Shown here in pieces: positions 22,846-35,381 of a stretch of DNA of 64,000 nt; the first letter of the stretch is position 1, and the number at the start of each line of letters is the position of its first letter. The translations under genes and the position numbers were made by a program. The notes below the pieces were generated by a model. That model was given only the letters and a program-made list of their open reading frames with translations, was not told the DNA's origin and made no database searches. The DNA comes from Dicyema japonicum (Eukaryota > Animalia > Dicyemida): the NCBI GenBank assembly GCA_011109175.1, contig RDEW01000002.1:1718111-1782110 (forward strand), given 5' to 3'.

Positions 22846-25150
22846 TTAGAAGTCATCGTCTACAAAAATTAAAATATACGACCTCTTGGCTGAAGTCGCA
22901 ATAATTTTTGAATGTTGTCGTATTTTTCTAAAATTTGATTAACTAAAATAAAACTTTTTATAAAAAAGAGACCAAGTGAAACAACAACACCAACAATTGC
23001 GAAAAAGATGCCGACGCCCAAAGCAGTGCTCTTTTTAGATGAACCTATACGTCGGGAAAATAAACTACTACCAGGCAATGAAGATGAAGAATACGGAGAA
23101 TCTATGAATATGAAGTAATTAATTTACGATATCCAACACAGACTGCTATGTGTTCTTCTCTACATCTCGTGGCAATCCATGATCCGTTATGAGAGACAGT
23201 AATGCAAACAATTTCATCATCATTATGGTTGGCTCGTTGGGAGCCCATGGAGTACTTTCCTAATAATAAAGATTAAAAACCGGTTTATCCCCAATCCACG
23301 TGAGAGTGGTATCATTCACAAAATTCTATAGTCCATGAAAAACCGTCCATTTTTTATTTCTAGAATAATGATTGTGATCACTTTGATTGAGTTTATTTAC
23401 GATATTCTTATCATCCGTCTTTATCATCGAGAGGCCAAACTGAGAACAGAGTCTTGAAGAATCGTGATAAGATAACGATCTCCCAAACATTGTGTAGATT
23501 TTTGAATATATTTTAATTGAAGCAGTCTTATTTTCCAAGTCTAAAAAGTTACTAACAATTATACGCCAAAAATTATTTGTGCAGTTAATATTGGAGTAAT
23601 TATCTAGAATAAATAAAAAATAAAACAATTATTATCATTTTTGTAACAAATGAATCTAGTCTTGTGACATTTATCGTTAATCCATTTTCCTGAAGCATAT
23701 TGAGCATAAACACATCCATATTTTTGTGGTTCCATGGGATAGCCTCTGTCCCAGTTTGTAAAATTCTATAAATGTATGTAAAAAAACTACTGTTTTGAGC
23801 TTATCTCCTCTCATGAGCACGCCATCAATGTAGATTGATCCAAAGTAAATTCCAATATCAAATTCGACATTCTCTATGACTTAATTTTTATTAAGACCAA
23901 TAACAGCACAGTTTTCCACAGGATTAAACGGAGCATAGAGGACCGCATTTCTCATGGCACAAACACTCACGGCCTCTTCCCGAGTAGACAAGAAGTCAAA
24001 TACATAAAATGAATTGTTCTGGAAATAAAATATCTGAGAAAAATAGTCTAAAATTAATTGTTGGATTATACGGAATTTATTTTTTTCACTACAGTCCTTT
24101 GGAGTTGCCCCATTAATAACAGAATCTATTTTTTGTATTAAAAATACCAGTTTCACAAATAATATGTGCGGATTCTGAACAGTCAATGGTGGAAAATTCT
24201 CCATTAGTGGAATCACGAACGACGCATTCCTTATCAATGAGATTGAGTGAAGTCCACGGTAGGTATGACTAAAATATTTAACTCCTAAAAACCGCTAAAT
24301 AATTTTTTTCTGTCATATAATTATTGCTTTCGTTCGTGTGATCCCGACGAAAGATCGGGAAAATACTAACTCTAAAATGGTTGTATATTAACATATTACC
24401 GTGAATAGCACAGTTTTCTGTTCCATCGTTTGGATGAAAATATATCCGTTGTGATCGTATTTGCAAATTCGTTTTGTTGTCGCATAGTCCTTGGGGAAAT
24501 TATAAATGTAATATGTGTGTCCTCTGAAGGTCACCATACTGTCGTAGGGTACTAAACTTGTAATTTATCGAAAACTGTTGATCTGCTTTCCGTAAGTTAT
24601 ATTGATTCCAGTTGAATGGATATCATCTATTTTGATACTTATTACTACCAGATTCGCAAATCCAGTATTTCAAATCATGTTCATTTGTAATTTTCCACTT
24701 GCCAGAACTTGCTATCATTGTTACTCCCTTCCAATCTTTATGTATTGTAATATCTGAATCAAAATTAAAGTAAGTCTATATAAAATGCAATATTACAATC
24801 AGATTAAAAAATCGAGAATTAACAAATACAGTTGATCCTTCCTTTAGTCTCTCCACTCCAATCGACTTGTCTCTGATAATAAGACCTAAGATTCCATCAA
24901 AGAGTAACTAGCTATTAAGTCATTTTCTTTTTGATCTTGTATGTCGACAGCATAAAATTCACCATTAAATGAAAACATACATTCATAAAATATATCAGAC
25001 ACTTGTTTATACATATCTGAAGAAGTGTATGAATGACCATTCCAATTATATACAGATCCATAAGTAGACACTTTTCCGGAACATTGATTCGTCAGTACAA
25101 GTACTAAATTATATCATAACTTTACTGATTAATGCCCAAAGATCAAACAT
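22846..25150 (-). CDS. Type-I membrane receptor with four C-type lectin-like domains, copy A
   Basis: Spliced: MFDLWALIILVLTNQCSG signal (22-nt intron 25125-25104); CTLD1 ...GKWKITNEHDLKYWICE; CTLD2 ...ECVVRDSTNGEFSTIDCSESAHIICE; CTLD3 FTNWDRGYPMEPQKYGCVYAQYASGKWINDKCHKTRFICY; CTLD4 PWAPNEP..NDDEIVCITVSHNGSWIATRCREEHIAVC; Ser-rich stalk; TM ALGVGIFFAIVGVVVSLGLFFI; short tail. More than 10 introns, nearly all 21-28 nt. At least three 1-nt deletions relative to copy B. Confidence 0.85.
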
Positions 25151-26324
25151 TGACTTGTGCATGTAATTCCCAATTTATAGAAATATTAATGAGGCGGTCA
25201 TTTAATTTATCAAATTTGTTTATTGTGTAAACAAATATTTCTATTAATTGCTTTGAAATTGACGTTGATTTATTATTCGAAAACAGAAAAAAAAGAATAT
25301 TTGTAACGAATCATACTCAACTGGCACAATCAGTATTGTTAAATGCTATGAAAACCATTCACGTTCGAAAGGACAATCCTCCAGATGTCTATAAAACATC
25401 TACGTTTTGTTGACAGTACTTTTACAAATCCCCCAATCACTCCAGGGTCTAGAAAACGTTGAGCAAAACGAAAGCGATCTCTAACCCCTAATGATTTATC
25501 GGTGTTAATCAAGAATCATGTTAAGTTCACATAATATGCTAGTTCTTATTTTTGAAGTCAATAATATAAAAATAATAATTTAAAAAAATGTGATTAATAT
25601 GACAGTAGAACAAAGAGTTACCAAAAACTATTAACATTTTTTAACAAAACACAGTCCTTCCACCAAGGAGTATAGGCCACTCAATATTTCCATTATTTAA
25701 ACCCACCTTAGTCAGAACTAATGCAAATATTGTGAAAATTACTACTTCCGCTTTGTTTTTTTAATTTATGCGGTAACCTCGCCTTGTATATATTTAACAT
25801 TGATTGAGTAAGGCTCAACTATCAAAAACCGTAACTCTCATTCTCATTTTATTCTCATGAGTTGATCGATTTTTGGGAGAAATTAATTTGTTAATTTAAC
25901 ACAGTTAATAACTACTAGAAGTTTCAGTAAGGTTGGGTGCACTCCTCATATTAAAAAATATTTCTCATAACGATCTGAAGGAAATGTGCTCAAAAAGTCA
26001 GCTCTTTTCTTATGTTGAGCTCAAATTCACTTTATGACTAATTTTTTGACCGTTTTTGTATCAAATTTTATATAAAAATCAAAATACAAATGATATAATT
26101 ATTTACGTTTTTAGGTTTAAAATTCAAACCTGACTAATGATTTCCCAATAAAGAAAATCTCCTTTCCTTAGGCAATGGTGTAGAAGGAATTTTGGTCACA
26201 ATGTTGGCAGAATAATTTGGGGTACTTATTAGTTAGGTATTACCAGGGCAAACATTTTTTAACCTTAAAATTTGAAAAAATTTAACCTTAAAGGGTTAAC
26301 TTTATTAACCTCTAAACCAAACTT

Positions 26325-26432
26325 TCACTGCGTGACTGTTCGCTCTCAGAATTGCGAGTGAAATTCGCTCAAACAGCCAGCGGCGTTCGCGAGATCTCAA
26401 GTGCATGAGGTGATGCGGTTTCCAAGACGTCC
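26325..26432. repeat. About 108-bp structured GC-rich repeat, copy 1
   Basis: tcactgcgtgactgttcg...ggtttccaagacgtcc recurs in direct orientation at 27362-27470. Confidence 0.9.
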
Positions 26433-26474
26433 AAAAAACTTGTACACAATAAAAGACAAATGTTGTTTTAAAGA

Positions 26475-26675
26475 CTATTTATTGAAAATGGACATTACGT
26501 AATTTTCCAGATTTCGTGTACAAAAGTTTCTGTTTGTCCTCAAAAAAATCTTGAATTGCGAAAAACATCTTACGACAGACGCCGAGGATGGCTGACAATT
26601 TAGAAAAAACGAATAATCTTCAGGAGAGACATTTTTGCATTCCATATTAATAATTTTAGTTAGGTCACTTTCCAA
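26475..26675 (-). mobile_element. hAT-like transposase C-terminal remnant
   Basis: QPSSASVVRCFSQFKIFLRTNRNF..RNLE resembles the SS..ER.FS dimerisation motif. Confidence 0.55.
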
Positions 26676-27361
26676 ATTTCTTCTCCAAATATTTTGACCC
26701 CTGTTTCATTTTTCCCAAAATCTAATGCACATAGCGTCGAATATGCGTACTCTAGTACACTCGTTACTTTCAAATTGTAATATTTTTATAAGTGAAAAAT
26801 TACTATATAAGAAAAACATGGAATATGTGAATAGTTATGCGAAATAGCGCATAAGTTCTGTACTATTTTTTTCACTTTTCAATGCATTTTTCATAGAAGC
26901 TACTAAAATGCCTTCATCCTCAATTAAGGAATTGATAATTTGTTATCGGAATGTCACATTTATGAAGAGCTTCAAATCCCAGTTTCCAATTTCAGATTCA
27001 TTTAATTTTTGTTGGCTAAATGTTGTCAAACGATCTATCTATATCATCAAAAAATCCTTACCAACGGAAATTTTATGTTTCCTGGACGATCTGTGAAGGT
27101 TAACAAAGTGCTTTTTTGAGCACTTCACTGTCGTTAACCATAGTATACAAAAAAAACTCATGGTTATTATGTAATTAAAATTCTCTTGGAAATTTGTTAA
27201 CGATTAATTTTGCTTTAGACAGAGAAGACGTAGAAATACGTGGCATACAAAAAAACGTGTAAACAACATGCTGTTTAATATTTATTTAATAGTAAAATAA
27301 TAATTTGTTGAAATAATTTTTTTTAAATATTTAAACAATAGAAGTCAGGTAGCTGCCGCCC

Positions 27362-27470
27362 TCACTGCGTGGCTGTTCCCTCTCAAAATTGCGAGCGAAA
27401 TTCGCTCAAATAGCCAGCGGCGTTCACGGAGATCTCCAGTGCATGAGGTGATCCGGTTTCCAAGACGTCC
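27362..27470. repeat. About 108-bp structured GC-rich repeat, copy 2
   Basis: Contains hairpin GAGCGA-AAT-TCGCTC and palindrome GGAGATCTCC. Confidence 0.9.
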
Positions 27471-27599
27471 GAATAATTTAAAAAAGTAAAGTTAAAAAAA
27501 TTTAACCTTACGATTATTTTAAAAATATAAAAGGAGAACGTTTAAAATTAATGAAAAAACAGAATTTGTTAAATTTTAATATTTTATTAAATTCATCAC

Positions 27600-27860
27600 C
27601 TAGTTATTACTCAAGAATCGGCTGATAACTTTGTTGTCTGTTCCTCTTTCCCTTCCTACTAGACTAATATCATGTGATCCACCTCTCTGGTGGGCAATAC
27701 CAGGATGGCACGAAAAAAGATCATTATCTCTCCCCCACTCCACTGGAGAATTTTCCACAGCTGCAATGTGGAATGGAAGTCTTTTAAATTTATTATGGTT
27801 CCCGAAAAACTCTTTTTCTCCGGCAGTGGAAACTGGATACACCTTTGCGGGAATTCCCAG
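27600..27860 (+). mobile_element. SINE-like dispersed repeat, copy 1 of 3
   Basis: tgtctgttcctct...atgtgatccacc...cccactccactggag shared with 39650-39945 and 59668-59975. Confidence 0.8.
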
Positions 27861-28149
27861 TGATGTCTTTTCAATCGTACTCGCAGTCTTTCCACTTATT
27901 CCCTTTTCAATTCCAACTTTCAGCAAGGATGAAAGCTGGACGATAGGTAAAGGGATTAATAGCAACTATCTGGTTAAGGTGGTGACGTCACTCTATGAAA
28001 TATGTCTTTTCACGCTTGATTACCCATTTTCCATTCTCCCTCGGTACTTTCAACATTCAAGATTTGAAGTTTACTGTCAAAAACATCAACTTGGACGTGA
28101 TTTATCAAAACGAAAATTACGGCATCTTCCATTACGAAATTGGATGATT

Positions 28150-29430
28150 ATTATATAATTGTTTCAGACTCTGATTGTCTACAATGGTCTTGGATTTGCA
28201 GTCCACGAAGATCTTTATGACCTTGTGACACGTGTATGGGCTGTCTTGGATCGTATTCAACTCATTCTATTCCAGTTCGGAACAAAACCTAATTCTGTCA
28301 TATCTATCATCAATGATATGCTCCTACCGCTGTCCGGTTGATGCGACCCTGAAGAGCTTGGTGTGTTCTACTCACTGGGACATGAATCACTTTCTTCATT
28401 ATTTCTGACATTCAATTATGGTGACTGGATTCCTAGAATTGGCAAAGTGAGGAACGAGGAGACCTGTATTAGATCACATGCTCAAATCCGCCGAAATTCC
28501 TCTGATGTTTCATTACTCTATTTCTGCGAATCCTCAACTTATTTTACGAATACTGCTTTGATCATCCAGCAAGACACAAAACTACTTGGGTTGGTTCAAG
28601 AAGGGATAAAAGAGGGAAGCTGATCAAAATACACAACCAAGTCGACTATATCTTGTGTTGAAGTAACAGAAACCTTATGTGGAACTAGAGATTCTATGAT
28701 GGCCTCGGAACTTCCAGTGACCACAAACTAGTGATGAAAGAGTACGGCGAAAACTCAGAGAGGAGATAATTAAGATAGATGCGGACAATAACGCAAGTAT
28801 TTGTGGAGTGGCGTTGAAGTCGCATTGAAGAATGATTTTGGTCACTCCTCATAAAAATAGTTCGTAGCACTATTTTGACGAAAATCAAAAAACTTCAATA
28901 ATATCAAGTAAAAGGGACGCGGACAAACAGATTGAGGAACTCGAGCGGTAAAAAGATGGAATCTGATATCCCTAACAGTTATGGATCGACGTTAAATATC
29001 ATAAACACCAAAACACCCCCTGGATTGCCGTATAAGTGTCTCGTAAACTCTTAAAGGATAGCTAAACTGCAGGAAAGTGGCTCTAAACACTGATGATGTT
29101 AGAATGATATCCATACTTTTAGAAGATAGTCATCTACAGTCGAATTGGGGAATTCTGCCTCTAATTTTTTTAAAACCACTCGGGGAGTTCCACAATGAGA
29201 CTCTTTGTCCCTTTTTTACATCATTTACTTTGAGGCTTCGTTGAGAGACTTCAGATCGTCTATCGATGAGTTGATTTACTCGGATGATCTAGACTTTGAG
29301 CGTGGAGATGCTAAATTTCTCAATTACCTACGCGATTATCTAGCACATAAACCAAATCGACGGAAATCCGGCGATCGAGATGGCGACGACTGCTAAGACG
29401 CATTTTGGACGTATCAGTAGATCGTGTGAT
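28150..29430 (+). mobile_element. RTE-clade LINE fragments (APE to RT)
   Basis: YNGLGFAVHEDL, SDHKLV at about 28720, FIIYFEASLRDFR...IYSDDLDF. Confidence 0.7.
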
Positions 29431-29869
29431 GAGGAATATTTCTTGTAAGAAAGAAGATTATTTTGAGGAAAGGCCAGGAAACTTTAAATCTGTGCTAAAT
29501 GAGGACTTTAAGACGTCGACTGAAAATTAACAACGATCTTGATGAACTAAGAGAACTTGAGAAAAAAGGGGACCTTGGATGAGAATGGTACAAACGATGG
29601 CTGGCGCGGCACAAGGAAACCTTAATTGACTTTTTTGTGTTCTCAGCGGTGCCGATAATAATTGAGCAACCGTTTCTGTGGAACGCCTTTATTCGTCAAC
29701 AAGCTGGACTATTGACCGAACTACTAAAGAAATTACTCAACAGTTATGGAGTCAGTCGAGCCTCAATTTGATGTGAAATACGTATTCTACTGTCTTTCTC
29801 CAACGCTTATGTGTTAGTTCTTGCTTCATTGAGAAAATTCCTGCCGAAAACTACTCTAAAGTTTAAATT

Positions 29870-30110
29870 TTGAATGAAGATCGATTAGCATCATCATTTC
29901 TACTAACATCTTTTTTACATGATCTGAAACTTTTCTTAAATAACGAAGAGGTTATTGATGAAATGAAGGATAACGTGAACTTTTATTTCAAAGCTATTGG
30001 CTTTGAAAATAAATTGAAAAAGTCAGTCACCAATTCAGATTATCTAAAGAAGATGGGTGTTGATGGAATTGAGGGATATAAATATCTGGGCATACCGGAG
30101 AGTCCTAGCG
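29870..30110 (+). mobile_element. R4/NeSL-like RT fragment
   Basis: FLHDLKLF...AIGFENKLKKSVTN...GYKYLGIPE, homologous to 53794-54100. Confidence 0.7.
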
Positions 30111-30780
30111 GTCAGATTAAAAAGGCCGCAAATTATCGTAAAAACCATTCATTGGGACGTTTTATCGTGGATACCTTCTCTGGGGCCAGATGGCTGACGG
30201 CGACATACTCACCTAAAGACGTGGAACACAAGGCGGAGATCTGGAAAAGCCGAATGTACGAAGAGTCGTGGGAGCGAATACGGACGCATTTATTTCCAGT
30301 ATCGGACGCAGGGTTTTTCGGAGAGATACATGTTCAGCGAAGGATTGCAAAAGGAACAGAGGACATCTTTTATATCATCAAGTACTACGGTAGAAAGGGA
30401 TGGTCCCAGATTTGCAGGTTGTTCCTGAGAAGGGAGGATTTTGATTAGTCGATTGGAGAAGGGGAAGGTGTAGTATTTCGCTATAATCTGACCTTCGATG
30501 GTTCTCGAGGAAACAAAATCGCGTATCTGTTTCAAACGACCCCGATCATCGGGGCTGGGAGGGATTGAGGATAACATTCGAGACATGTTTCGGGTAGTCA
30601 CAATAATTTTTTTTGAAGATTGCATAGAGTGATGGGGATATTCTGGCGTTTAGGCTTGGGAGAGGAACTTCAGAGCTTCATTTCCAGATAGATCGTATTA
30701 AACTAATTAGGTGATTCCGGCCGCCTCCATCAGGTCTCTCATCTTTTTCCGGTGGACCTTCAGAGATCCTGGATTTTTGA
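30110..30780 (-). mobile_element. Jockey-like LINE fragments ending in the family 3' end
   Basis: 30700-30775 almost identical to 50898-50965 (aactaattaggtga...ggtggaccttcagagatcc). Confidence 0.7.
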
Positions 30781-31504
30781 TTCCCAGTGGAATTGATCAA
30801 TAAACGGTGATTGGGTCGGGAAAGGAACAGATCAATTATTGTATTCACTACTTCAGTAATTACTTTAAAATATTTAATAGAATTTATATAATTATTCTAA
30901 AAAACTAATTTCCCCATCTTGGTTTCTTCATTCCGTCATTACTGTAAAATCCAATTCCAGAAAGAATCAAATGGATCATTTGATTTTCCTTATTACTTTG
31001 GATTATTCCTTGAAGATTTCTACAACTGTGCGTATGGACTGATTTTTGTGTTTAATGGACATGTCTTTTCCGGTTCTTGGATGTTTTTGAATGCACAAAA
31101 TTGATTGTTAACAGCAACTTCTTTATCGGTATATCCTGGGCTAATGAATTGATGAGTAAGTCCTACGAAGTGTTAATGTGATTTCTTAGTGATTATTTTA
31201 AAATCTTTCAATTTTTTATATTTAATTATTATTATATCATTCACAAGTTTTAAATAAAAAATAATGAACCAAGTTAAACAACAGTAAGTTTAAATTAAAT
31301 TATAATGTCAACTAAAACCCATCCATTAATGTTACTTCCACGAGCAACGGACGATGTACTAAATTTTCGGGCATGGGTGCTTACTATCAAATTAGTATTA
31401 ATTGTTAACATATGCTCAGATCTTCACATAAAAATAATGTAAATTGATTAAATATGGAATTAAAATATTTTACCTTCAGTTGTAGTAGAAGTTTCGTTGA
31501 TCAA

Positions 31505-31950
31505 CTAAATCAAAAATATACCTCTGATAGGTGTTATAGTTGGTCGAGTGTTCATAAGCCGTCTTGCCAAACATTGTGAACAAGACCTGAGAACAACCAT
31601 AACTTCATCTCTGCAAAATCCATAGACTAGATTCTTTAGAAGAGAAAGTAGTCCATCACGACCAGGATGTCCATTTTTGAGGTGAACATTTTCAATAAAT
31701 ATCCTCTTCTGTTCATCTTCTTCCACAGAGAACACATGCAATAAAATTCCACTTTTTTAGAAAAAAAATAGCTGAGCCGGCAATGAGTCTTTTAGTCTGA
31801 GTAATGACGCAGTTCTTATGAAATTTCGTTTCTCCTTCAGCAAATTGGATGGTATAATTTGGTATCTCAGATAGGTCATTATTTCTTGCTTTTGTAGCAG
31901 AGTAAAATAGGCAACCTTCATAACAAAAAACAAAAACAAGCGTGAGCAAA
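31505..31950 (-). mobile_element. Ginger/KRBA2-type integrase remnant
   Basis: HLKNGHPGRDGLLSLLKNLVYGFCRDEVMVVLRSCSQC (H2C2 zinc-binding domain). Confidence 0.75.
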
Positions 31951-32269
31951 AATTTATTACTATTCTATCTGATGTTAGCCGTTAAGAAAATGAAAATTTG
32001 TGAGAAATTTAAATATTAAAATTACTAATCATTATAAAGATAGGAATTAATTTATTTATTGATTTATTTTTCATTAAAAAATTATTATAACGTCTTTAAC
32101 GGCTCGTATTCAACCGGTCACAATTAATACTATCGGTTATTTTTAACTTTTAAATTTTTTCCAAAAATATAATGTAGAAACTATTACCATCATTCTCATA
32201 TTCAATGTTTGAGTTGTTAAAATTAAAAACCTGAATCTACTATTATCATATTCACTTGCATCTCTAAGT

Positions 32270-32510
32270 CTCAACGTATTTGAGCACGCTGGCGCCTTTT
32301 TGGACATAATCTACGGATGGGTGAACAGACATCATGCAATGCCGCCATGGAAGAATTTTCAGCCATACTGACACTCGCGGAGGATTACGGAATGATCGGG
32401 GGCCAACTGATGGATGCAGACGATCTGGACGAAATCAGGATACGAGGACGACAACGATCGGATGGAGAAGACTAACTGAAAGGATAATCGAAAAAAACGC
32501 ACAAGCGAAA
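32270..32510 (+). mobile_element. RTE 3' fragment
   Basis: FLDIIYGW/GHILRMG-like region and DADDLDEIR.RG.QRSDW C-terminal RTE pattern. Confidence 0.5.
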
Positions 32511-33721
32511 TTATCAACAGTGTTTACTGGTAACGCGAATGTGCTTTTTTGTCAAATCCGCATATTCCCTTGCATAAGTTAAACAGTAAAGCTAATGAGA
32601 CTTGTTTGAGAGTATTGGACTTAATCTTCCTTCTACTTATGCTTGCCGAAAAAGTGTAGAAAATTTATGCCAGAAGCAGATTCACAGGTTTTATTTTCAT
32701 TCATTATATGACGATGTTTTAAAAAATTTTGCGAGACGCGGTAGAACACATTCAGAACTTGCATTTCGGGGACGATTTATGTGAATCAGGAAGTACTGGA
32801 ATCGAGATTATCTGTCAATCAATTACTTTCTATTAAAAAATGGAAAAACAACATACTTCTCCATATGTACACAACTATCTGAAAAAGTGTCCTTCCATAT
32901 CAGAGAAATTTTTCTTAATTGCCATACTCCAAGGGAACTCGTTCGCAATCCACGCAGCAGGCTTCCTCAACTGACATTTGTTTAATTGTTAAAAAAATTT
33001 TTGTTGAGAGAAATTTTTTTATTAGAAAAATTACTATCTAAAGACCGAAATTTTAAAACCGAAAACGTTTTGAATTAGATTGTTCTGTATTTTAATAAAA
33101 ATTTTGATTAGTTTTTCTTTATATTAAAAAAATCATTTTTTGTAGATAAATTTATCATAAAGTCAAAAAAGGTCAAAATTTTGAAATTTAAAGTCAATTT
33201 TTAGGTCAAAATTTCCGATTTATAAAGTCAAAATAAAAATCGCCCTACTAATCAGATATACCCGAGGGCTGAGATCTTCAAATTAATAGAAGCGACAATT
33301 TTGACAGACCAGGTAAAGGGAGAGATACCATTAATTTTAGATGAGATCCCTTTCTAGAACACAAATTTAGTAAAAACCAAATTCGAGAGATCAAAGAAGC
33401 ATAGAACATAAATCTTGAATTATGTAATAACGTGTGTAGACGATTAATAAGCCAGACTATTAATTCATTTCAGTTACTCCAAGTTATCTGTTCAATATTT
33501 TATTGTTTACAAAACTTTAAAACGAAATAAGACATTAAAGAAAAAATAATTACAAAGCACGATCCTCAGACTTTTCTCAACAGGCGTTCATTGAGAGTCC
33601 TAAAAAGTAATAAGAAACAAAACAAAGTTTAACGAAAGATTTCAAAACTGTTTTTTACTATTTAATCCGTTCACAGTAAAGGCTTCTGCACCCCATTTTC
33701 CCTTTCGAGGATCATTTAGAT

Positions 33722-35373
33722 CAGTGGTTCTCAACGAAGGGCGATGGTCCTCGAGGAGCTCATTGTCATGTGAAAAATTAAAGACGATAAATAATCGAGT
33801 GAATATTAGTTATTGGTTAAGACATGTTTTTTGGCTAAAATAATAATAATATAATATCCAAAATAAACAAATTCTCGCCTCCTCTCGGCCTCCCTCAACA
33901 GTTTTCGCATCTTTCTCGGTGTTCAGACTGCGTTCCTGCGCATTTCCGATATGGGCGGGGTCCACATACTCGAGTACTTCGCAGGGGTACTGTTCCAGTC
34001 GCCTCTATCATATTTTCATGGTTTCTGGGCAGAATTTCCATACGGGAAGACTTCCTTAGTAGGTTTGCTGCCTTCACTTGAATGTTGCAGATCTTGTCCA
34101 ATTTCGTTGCAGCAAGGTTAGATTGTGTCCTATTGTAGACTCGCTAAACTGTTTGTATATGACATCCAGTTTTGGTTCAATAATAATACTAAATTATTAG
34201 CGTGATTTCTAGTACTTCGTGATGACTCCTGTTCAAAAAAAGTTAGAATCTATAAAGAGGAATATATTTTTTTTGGATTCATTAAAAATCCTCAGGATCT
34301 TCATAAACCTTTGTTTGCAATGTGGTACAGTGTTTTCCAATGAGGCAATGTAGCCATCGCGCTTAATCGAACATTTAAAGCGTAAACACCACAACTCAAT
34401 TGGAAAAAAACAGAAATTTTTAAAATTAAAAAAATTATGAAAGAAAAACACTTTAACTTCTCGTTTTAATAAAGAACAGGTTTTACGATTTGTAAAAATA
34501 TACGATTCCATCGTTGATTTTTTTAAATTGATAGCATCAATGTTCGGTAAAGAAATATCCAGAAACTTCTGAATCCAAGACTTTGGATTGCTTTCGTTGA
34601 TTCCCCGTCATGGATATTTTGATGCGGGATGGAGTATCCTCAATTTAGACCTATGAAGTCATTATAACTAAGAAATAAAGTCATCATATCGGATAGGACG
34701 ATGGCTTCGAGGATATACTTAATTCTACAAATACTGTTGATAAACACTGACGAAAATATAATTGGATAACATGACGCAAGTCTTGTGGAACGGGAAAAGA
34801 TAAGAACAGATAAAAAACAGAAATTGCCTCTTTTGGTCATGTATATTTTTTGTCACATTATTTTCTAATTTTTGAACGTGCAAGATTGATCAAAGTTTTA
34901 TCAAATAAATCCTTGACTAATCAATTCATTACGTAGCTTTTAGTCATAAAGAAATTATGTGAATGCCAAATTTATTATTATATTTTTCAATTTACTTTCA
35001 TATTTTGGAGTTTCACTGAGAATTATTGATTTTACGAACAATTGCATATTCTTCATTAATGAAGTCGGAAGACAAGTAGAAATAGTCACAAGGTCTAACT
35101 TTTCACCTTTGAGAATGGGAAAAAATGTCATCGGAAAAAACGAAACAAAATAAATGTACAAGAGGAGATATAAGGATTGCACTTACGAAAAGAAAGGAAA
35201 TTTAGAGAATCTTGTGAATACTCATAAACCACAGATCTCATAAAACTAATGATTTTTAAATAAAAAAATAATTCTTAAATAATTTCTGTATGTGGTAGTA
35301 ACTTTTTACTTGTGAAATAAGGGGCGAAAAAAAATTTGCGGGGGCGATTAAATAAAAAGGTCGAGAACCAGTG
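33722..35373 (+). mobile_element. Internally deleted Charlie-type hAT transposon
   Basis: TIRs CAGTGGTTCTCAAC / GTCGAGAACCAGTG; perfect 8-bp TSD ATTTAGAT (33714-33721, 35374-35381); zf-BED remnant CLQCGTVFSNEAM.PSRLIEHLKRKH; C-terminal DIRIALTK...NTHKPQISH. Confidence 0.9.
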
Positions 35374-35381
35374 ATTTAGAT

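Larger units (their letters stand above)
22150..26040. repeat. Segmental duplication block A (paralogous to 35382-39020 and 63830-64000)
   Basis: Long collinear stretches of near-identity, e.g. 23100-24250 vs 36240-37370. Confidence 0.95.

Noticed and set aside
27362-27470. Reverse strand resembles 5.8S rRNA (ggatcac...gaacgccgctggct)
   Set aside because: Lacks the invariant GATGAAGAACG, wrong spacing, no ITS or LSU context.
27631-28158. 175-aa ORF as a membrane protein
   Set aside because: Runs through a SINE-like repeat whose other copies do not keep the frame.
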